From assembly GCA_965208905.1 (NCBI GenBank), contig OZ242365.1, positions 1,504,001-1,568,000 of the forward strand: a stretch of DNA of 64,000 bases, given 5' to 3'. The translations under genes were made by a program, and so were the position numbers. Shown piece after piece: positions 57,163 to 64,000 of the stretch (position 1 is its first letter; each line of letters opens with the position of its first letter). The notes below the pieces were generated by a model that did no database searches, was not told the DNA's origin, and was given only the letters and a program-made list of their open reading frames with translations. Source of the DNA: Nitrosopumilaceae archaeon. Lineage in GTDB: Archaea > Thermoproteota > Nitrososphaeria > Nitrososphaerales > Nitrosopumilaceae.

Positions 57163-58636
57163 CTAGAGTTTATGCGTAATCAGAGTTAGTAGAGTTTATG
57201 CGTAATCAAACCACTTTCAAGCGATCTGAAACACATAACACGCTGTTGGTGTTTCCACCATCCAGAGGTATACATTGAGCCTTCCGCGTACCGGGAAGGG
57301 TTGCTCCAACCACGGGGGGAGTCATACCCGTGTCAAGATGTATCTGCCCTCTCGAGGCCAGTCTGACCTCGCGCTGGAGTTTCTGCACGGCGCGAATCCG
57401 CGCAGACCACCAGACGATTGCAAAAGTGTATAGTATATTGAATGCTGCGTTTACATCCGCGTGTATTGTTTTACGACTGTTCATGACAGGTTAATTTCCG
57501 GCCTTCGCGCAATGTGTTATATCTGCAGCACATAAAGCACATCTTTGAGGTGTTGCGGGGGTTGACCTCTGCATATTCGACGTTGTGTCGTGTGGAGCCA
57601 TACGCCATGTAATTCCGTGCCTCGCCGCACTTTGACTGTCGCATCTTTTTGTTCTTCTCTGTCTGTCCCGGGCCGGCGCGCGTCAGGGTATCAAGCCCCA
57701 TCCCCTCAAAGATTATCTTGTCACACTGCTCGAATAGTTTTTTGGCGAACTTTCTGAGTCTGTCGCGCTGACGATTCTTCATCTTTCTGTATATGGCGTT
57801 TAACTGTTTTTTGAGATTGACATATTTCCGCGAACCTGCTGTGCAGCGCGACATGCGCTGGTGCAGCCCGCGTATCTTGTGTAGTGTGATCTTTTCGCGT
57901 AATGACAATACATTTGCGGTTCCATCGGACTTGGCAACTACCATGGTATGGTGCCCACCCATGTCTACTCCGGCGAACACACCGGTACATACGCGGTCCG
58001 GTATATGCTCACGAACTGTCACATGTAGCTCGAACTGCCGTTCCTTATCAGAGTGGTTTGTAACGTCTACTATCTTGTACGACTGGGAGTCTTTGGGCAG
58101 CTCGCCTTTCTGCAAGTAGAATGGAACACTGCAACACGGAAAGTAGACCACATTGCCGGTGGACTTTTTTCCCAGCGGCCTGGCGCTATACAATGGATAT
58201 GTATGGTTGCCATACGGTACAACCCTCTTGTGTTGTACGTCTGGTGTCTTGCACTTGCACACATCTTCAGGTGAGCCGCACGATGTACAGCTGCCCTGCA
58301 TCTTTCTGCCGACCTGTATCGCCCCGTACGCGAATGCTTGTGGTATAGTAGATACAAGCGTTACGACCTTTGCGCAGTCAATGAACGTCGCCCCAATGTT
58401 TCTGGCCTGCAGACCGGCGTTCAACCATACATGAGACTCGGACTCCATCGAATCAAAGTATGCAGTCAGCCGGGTGCTAGTCTTGAGACGATACGTTAGT
58501 GTGCGGGTCACATGCTTGGTTCCCTGATACTTTGGTATAATGTACTGTACAGTCTATACAATATACATGATCCGACATATATATACAATTTTAAAAATTA
58601 TAATAGTCAGATTTTTCGATTACGCATAACCTCTAG
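57163..58636 (-). mobile_element. Non-autonomous element bounded by IS5-type TIRs carrying only a tnpB-like gene
   Basis: CTAGAGTTTATGCGTAATC (57163; core repeated at 57190) and GATTACGCATAACCTCTAG (58618-58636). Confidence 0.85.
57206..58511 (-). pseudogene. tnpB: TnpB-like RNA-guided nuclease with one frameshift near 57485
   Basis: RuvC-I GVDMG, RuvC-II IIFEGM, VNPRNTSKMCFMC; RuvC-III HADVNAAFNIL lies in the next frame. Confidence 0.88.
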
Positions 58637-58639
58637 TGT

Positions 58640-59100
58640 CATAACCCCTTACGAGTTTGGCTTATTGGTGTCACTGGGGTACGCTCTTGTCATTGCCATA
58701 GCCCCCTCTGAACACAAAACATCCTATTGTATCTTGAGACTGATCTCTTGTACAACATTCTCCCACTTTCTGGCGGCCACAGAATCTCCAAAAAATCTCT
58801 TAAATGAAGATGTTACTATCTCAACCAGCCATCTCAAGCCATATTTCACTCGCCTCTTCCACTTTTTTCGGTTAGACTCGCGCTCTTCCTTTGTCAGCTG
58901 CGCAAACCTTCTCGGGTCTGCAATGCCGTCGCCTAACTGATCAATAACTGCCATGGTCCTGTCCCTGCTGACACCACGGGAGCGTGTCGTTGCATTATGG
59001 TTTATCCGGACATAGGGTATGATACCAAGTTATTTGCATGTCTCAAATATCCTACGCGAATCAAACCCACCATCTGTGCGCATCACTATATTTGCAACAG
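58640..59100 (-). pseudogene. IS5-family (IS903-like) transposase 3' remnant
   Basis: GGFDSRRIF...WKRRVKYGLRWLVEIVTSSFKRFFG. Confidence 0.75.
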
Positions 59101-59359
59101 TTCGTAGCTGTGAAGTTAGGCGTGAAAAATCTGATACTTGGTCAGGTTATGTCTATTTCTTCAAGCAAAAGACTGCTTTTTACGCATGGATATCATGCTG
59201 ACCTGACTAAGTATAATTTTAGTATATAACCCAACCTCATAACGGCGAGATGTTACGATTTTTGATGTTTTGCTAGTTACACCTAAACGACATGGCGTCG
59301 GTACAAAAGGGACATCACATACCCAAAAATCTTTAAGATGGTGCACATCATAATAGTGT

Positions 59360-60280
59360 ATGGGAGCAACAAAACGTCAGGACGATGAAGATTTAGACGA
59401 AACATCGCATACTACAAAACAAAATGTAAAGAAACCAAGTGATAAGCATGCAACTTCTGATGTAGTATTTGATGACGGGTTACAGATACAACCACCAGAT
59501 GGACTTACTAGATTTGGTGAGTATTATTTTAGAGTTATGTCAAAGATAACAGATGACGAAGACTATATGGATTGGTTGATAAATACATTTGATGAGTACA
59601 AGCGCGATATACTTAGAGATATGACTTTAACGTTTCAGAGCATGTACGCTGTGGAATTTTTGGAAATCGTCAGAATGATAGGAAGTGCAGTTCTAGATGG
59701 AGGCACAGAACGTGCAATCATGATGGTAGAAAGTCTGGAACTAGATGTGGAAGAAACTGCAGGGCTGTATGCTAAAATATACATGGCGGCCGATAGGTGG
59801 GATGAAGCGTTGGATGGTCTCTTGAAGGTTCATTATGAGGAGTACGAGTTGAGTGGACTGTTTGAATTTATGACGGATATAGCATATAGAATGAACAAAA
59901 CTACGGAATTAGACAAGATGTGCAAGGAATGGGATAAACAAGGATATGACAGAATAAATCTCCACATAAATCGAGCTAGGGTAATGTGCAGAAAGGGGTT
60001 TTTGGATGACGGTCTAAATATGACCGATGCAATATTGACGTTGGAGCCTACTAATTCTATGGCGCATCTACTACGAGGCAACATTTTGGCTACACGTGGA
60101 ATGCACAAGGATGCCATTGGCGAGTTCAAAGAGGGTCTAAAACATGACGACGATCCCCTACTTAGTATCGGCCTTGCCAAGTCATTTTATGCAGTCGGTC
60201 AAAAACAGCAGGCACAAAAACTGCGCGATGATCTGCTAGACAGGGGAATAAACCCCAAGATACTTGTGTCCGTGCAATAA
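59360..60280 (+). CDS. TPR-repeat protein
   Basis: C-terminal TPR patterns (LEPTNSMAHLLRGNIL...DAIGEF; GLAKSFYAVGQKQQA). Confidence 0.8.
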   Translation: MGATKRQDDEDLDETSHTTKQNVKKPSDKHATSDVVFDDGLQIQPPDGLTRFGEYYFRVMSKITDDEDYMDWLINTFDEYKRDILRDMTLTFQSMYAVEFLEIVRMIGSAVLDGGTERAIMMVESLELDVEETAGLYAKIYMAADRWDEALDGLLKVHYEEYELSGLFEFMTDIAYRMNKTTELDKMCKEWDKQGYDRINLHINRARVMCRKGFLDDGLNMTDAILTLEPTNSMAHLLRGNILATRGMHKDAIGEFKEGLKHDDDPLLSIGLAKSFYAVGQKQQAQKLRDDLLDRGINPKILVSVQ

Positions 60281-60406
60281 AAACTAAAAACCCACACTGT
60301 CGTAAATCTTTAGCAAGTATGCCGGGTCGGTAAGACAACAAGTAATACACAAAATTTCAACAAATACCATACAACAAACTCCCGTTAGCACATCACCACA
60401 TACTTA

Positions 60407-61995
60407 CTAGAGTTTATGCGTAATTGACATGCATATTGTATAGATGGTTATGATCAATTTACACTATTTGGTAAATATTCTAAATATGGGACAAAATTGG
60501 ATGAATTTTGGCATTATGCTATGTAAAACAGATCTCCAGTCAAACTTTTAGCGATACGTGTTTTCGACAGTGCCGACGGCCCGGTTGATATTCCCAAAAG
60601 TTGTGTGCAGTCTCGTGCATGTAAATCATGGTCCGCTGTATAAGCAGGTGGTACCAAGTACCGCCATACGTCATGATGATGCCCTCATACGGAGTATCTT
60701 GTCCTTCCAGATATGGTAGGTACCATCCCTGTGCATCTTGCGCATGTCATACATATGGCATTAAAGTCGTCATTGAACTCTTGTGTTGTACCATCATATC
60801 TGCCGGATATGCGCGTCCAGTTTTTAACATGCGCAAAGACATTCTCAACTTTTATTCTTCTTTTAGAATGGGTCCTGTTGTATGCCCGTTTAGTCTTTGG
60901 GAGTTCCTTATTTTTTGGCTTTATGTATGGAACGCGCTCATCTACACCGGCAAAGTATTTTTTCAAATCCTGATGTATACTATCCCCAACAACCTGTATA
61001 CGTTCCTCTCTTGGGATTTCATTATGCTGCATTCTGTCCAACCATTTACCAAAATTAGGCATATTCTCCCTGAATACTGTAATATCATGACAGCTTCCCT
61101 CCCTAGAATTGGTTATTATACACAACGTAACTCTTCTTGTTGGTTAGGGCGGTCGTGCTGATGGCAAACATCTTGCCCTTGCCCGAATACTATTTCTTTC
61201 GCTCGGTACTATTTTGGGGACGGGTTGTCTCGACCAGTGTGCCGTCCGGTATAATCTCGCCACCCTGACGCCCGGGCAGTATCTCTTTTAATTCTTCAAT
61301 GGTTTTGGTAGATTCTATTAATTTTGTAATGTTGTGCGATGTCACCAGCAGTACATCATCATCATGTGTAGCCACAAACTTGAGATAGCGTAATTTGATC
61401 TATTCTGAACATTTCACCCAGTACAAACTGTGGCATGTTGAGGGCCCGCCGCATGAGCGACATCAAAAATATATGTCGTATGTGTAGTAGACATTGATTT
61501 CCAGCATCAGACTTTCTACTTTTATCATCCCTGAAATGAGGCACATCAGGACTATTCCGTATAATTTTATCGAACAGGGCAAGAGCCTCCTTAAACTCAC
61601 CCCTACGAAGCCGTGTAAAACGGTACATTATTTCATCATTGCCGATTATTCTATTCCATCATCAATACCATATCAGGAGGCAGGTCAGATGTGTGCCGCT
61701 GTTTGCCAGTATCGGTAATCCAGAATTTGTTATCCCGCTTGATAAGTTCATTTAATTCTGTTATCTGCCTAGTATTTTCTGCTAGTTCCTTATCCTTCTT
61801 TGCTAGTTCCACATTCTTCTCTACCAATTCCTTATCCTTTTTTGCCAGGAGCGTCCATAACTGCCTGTCATCAAGTGATTGCATGATTTCTATCCTTGAA
61901 ATTATATTTAACAGTACAAATTAGAAAATTTAACTAATGGTCAATAAAATTATAGTAAGCGGTTTTTAAGATCATCAATTATGCATAAACTCTAG
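60407..61995 (-). mobile_element. IS5-family (DDE_Tnp_4/ISL2-like) element, transposase fragmented
   Basis: TIRs CTAGAGTTTATGCGTAATTGA / TCAATTATGCATAAACTCTAG; fragments IIPDGTLVETTRP, SCHDI, VGDS, YNRTHSKRRIKVENVFAHVKNW. Confidence 0.88.
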
Positions 61996-62072
61996 TCCAT
62001 ATACAGCACCGCACACCATCCACTTGTGAGACATTATTTACCAGTTTTATAAAAATAAAGTTTGGTAGACAA

Positions 62073-63002
62073 TTATGATTTTTTGCGTCTCTTGGTGGTT
62101 GTGTCTACGCCTGCATACGTGTTTGCCCCGCGAATGGATGCATTTTTGTATATGTCATCCATTGTATCAAGAAACTTTTCAGTGCCACGCCACATTGGAA
62201 AACCACCCCATTGTTTTATGGTTGCGGCATTATCCGAGGGTATCGACATACTCTCGTATGAACCAGTATCATTGTGACTGCCCCAAAATTTATCAAGGTT
62301 TATCGGTGAAGATTCAGATGCCAGTGGAACATCAGACTGTACGGTGTGATAATTATCCGGGGTGCCGGCCCTTATGCATGAGTGTTTAGGGTGTGCATCA
62401 GCAGGTACATCATCAAGAATGTCTAGTATGTGATGTCTGTCCACGCCCAGAATTCTCCAATACCAGAACGAGTCATGGTCAATCTCTTCGGCTAAAACCT
62501 GGCATATGGCCATGACGTGCTTGCATATTGAGTACCAGCGATGACAGGTACAATCTGTTTCTATGATCCAATTGAGACCAAGCATATCTGCCACTCCCGC
62601 CTCGGACAGCTCAGACGCCATCGCCTTTGTCATCTCTCCAGATAGTATCTTTGCCGCCAAGGCAGGCCTCTGCCGACATACCCCGGCAATGCTTTTGGCA
62701 TAGTCGTAATTTGGTATTTTAATCTTTATTGATGTCTGGTGGGGGGATGCCTGTGCACCCTGCACCATGCCGTACACATGGCCCCTCTGCACGTCTACTT
62801 GTAACACCTGACCCTTGCGGGCATACGTTCTGCCCTGTGTAAAAGTATCACCAGCGCCCGAATTGTATACCAGCTCAACCCAGTGGTCGGCCAGCCAGCT
62901 CTTGCCTATATCACCCTTTTTGGTTCGTATCTTTATTCCATTCTTCCGGGATCGGGGGCGCCTACGCCGGGGCCTAGAATTATAGTAATAATAATATGTC
63001 AT
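62073..63002 (-). CDS. SWIM zinc-finger protein
   Basis: GRTYARKGQV, VQG, DCTC....CKHVMA; coupled to the SNF2 gene. Confidence 0.88.
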   Translation of the reverse strand: MTYYYYYNSRPRRRRPRSRKNGIKIRTKKGDIGKSWLADHWVELVYNSGAGDTFTQGRTYARKGQVLQVDVQRGHVYGMVQGAQASPHQTSIKIKIPNYDYAKSIAGVCRQRPALAAKILSGEMTKAMASELSEAGVADMLGLNWIIETDCTCHRWYSICKHVMAICQVLAEEIDHDSFWYWRILGVDRHHILDILDDVPADAHPKHSCIRAGTPDNYHTVQSDVPLASESSPINLDKFWGSHNDTGSYESMSIPSDNAATIKQWGGFPMWRGTEKFLDTMDDIYKNASIRGANTYAGVDTTTKRRKKS

Positions 63003-64000
63003 ATTATGGCCGCCTCCCTACTCAGAGATAGAATATTTCGAAGATCGTTATTTGACATCTCTGTAAGCCAGCCCTCACCAGTGCCCACCACCTTGTCGGC
63101 AACAAGTTTTTTGGCCTCGATCATGTCATTTATCCTCTCTTCCAGCGTGCCCGCACACATCATTTTATGTACCTGGACGCTCCGTTTCTGGCCTATACGA
63201 AAGGCCCGGTCAGTTGCTTGATTCTCAACTGCAGGGTTCCACCAGCGATCAAAGTGAAATACGTGGTTGGCGGCAGTTAGGTTCAGTCCCGTCCCTCCAG
63301 CCTTCAACGACAGTATGAATATCGATGGACCGTCACCTCCCTGAAAATTATCCACCATCTCATCACGCTTGCTCTTTGGCACCGCACCATACAGAAACGG
63401 TACATCAACATTGAATATCTTTTTTAGATGACTCTGTAGCATCTTGCCCATCTCCGCATACTGGGTGAACACCAGCGCCCGCTCCCCTGCAGATATAACC
63501 TCATCCAGCATTCCAATCAGTCTGGCCAGCTTGCCTGAACGATCACCCATACTTGAGTTATCTCCCAGAAAGTGTGCGGGGTGATTACAGACCTGCTTGA
63601 GCCGGGTCAACGTACTCAGTATGATGCCCTTCCGTTGTATTCCTTCAGATGACGCAAGAGCCCTCTCCGTATCTTTTATAATCGACGCATACAATGATGC
63701 CTGCTCCTTTGTCAGTGGACAGAGTACATTCATCTCCATCTTTTCAGGCAAGTCCGATATTATACTCTTGTCGGTCTTTACTCTCCGAAGTATAAAGGGT
63801 CCGGTGGCCCGCTTGAGTCTGTCTGCTACCTCCTCATCATGTCTTGTCTGTACCGGAGTCATGTAATTACGCTGGAACTGTCCCTGTGTACCTAAAAAGC
63901 CGGGATTTAAAAAGTCCATTATAGACCACAAGTCGCCCAAATGGTTCTCCACAGGCGTTCCGGTCAGGGCAAACTTGTACTCTGCTGTCAGTGAGCGGGT
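62999..64000 (-). CDS. SNF2-family helicase, C-terminal part (runs off window end)
   Basis: ALTGTPVEN, FILRRVK, RLKQVCNHP, SGKL, LKAGGTGLNL, WWNPAVENQATDRAFRIGQ. Confidence 0.93.
   Translation of the reverse strand, partial: TRSLTAEYKFALTGTPVENHLGDLWSIMDFLNPGFLGTQGQFQRNYMTPVQTRHDEEVADRLKRATGPFILRRVKTDKSIISDLPEKMEMNVLCPLTKEQASLYASIIKDTERALASSEGIQRKGIILSTLTRLKQVCNHPAHFLGDNSSMGDRSGKLARLIGMLDEVISAGERALVFTQYAEMGKMLQSHLKKIFNVDVPFLYGAVPKSKRDEMVDNFQGGDGPSIFILSLKAGGTGLNLTAANHVFHFDRWWNPAVENQATDRAFRIGQKRSVQVHKMMCAGTLEERINDMIEAKKLVADKVVGTGEGWLTEMSNNDLRNILSLSREAAII

Noticed and set aside
62073-64000. SWIM-SNF2 pair as a novel system
   Set aside because: This gene pairing is common and well known, and the helicase is cut by the window edge.

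Overview
Archaeal DNA, most consistent with a Nitrosopumilaceae/Cenarchaeum-like thaumarchaeon (tusA-cysK, trxB, cofE-serB-proS block, TATA-type promoters; the taxon is inferred). The window is dense in IS elements (IS1595, IS66 x3, IS630 x3 plus an end fragment, ISH3, IS3 x2, IS5 x2, TnpB x2), many of them decayed. It has a short housekeeping core (16-21.6 kb), a glycine cleavage cluster at the left edge and a long defence/accessory region. Three observations stand out. (1) An intact two-gene short prokaryotic Argonaute system (46.9-49.9 kb) whose APAZ partner carries a Schlafen/AlbA_2 domain rather than TIR, SIR2 or a DNase, bracketed by inverted IS630 copies. (2) Two unrelated TnpB genes that both end inside the same terminal inverted repeat used by an IS5-family DDE element in this window; one is fully enclosed by those repeats. 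(3) A type ISP-like methyltransferase with a (GA)26 tract followed by a hidden, out-of-frame second copy of a specificity segment. Also present: a GmrSD-Schlafen fusion, PLD-SNF2 helicase (frameshifted), Mre11/Rad50 (premature TAG), TcmP/DUF5131, HEPN-MNT and AbiE modules, a 223-bp tandem repeat, a recurrent long palindrome, and a non-autonomous TIR element whose empty site is also in the window. All family calls come from motif recognition by eye; no searches were run.
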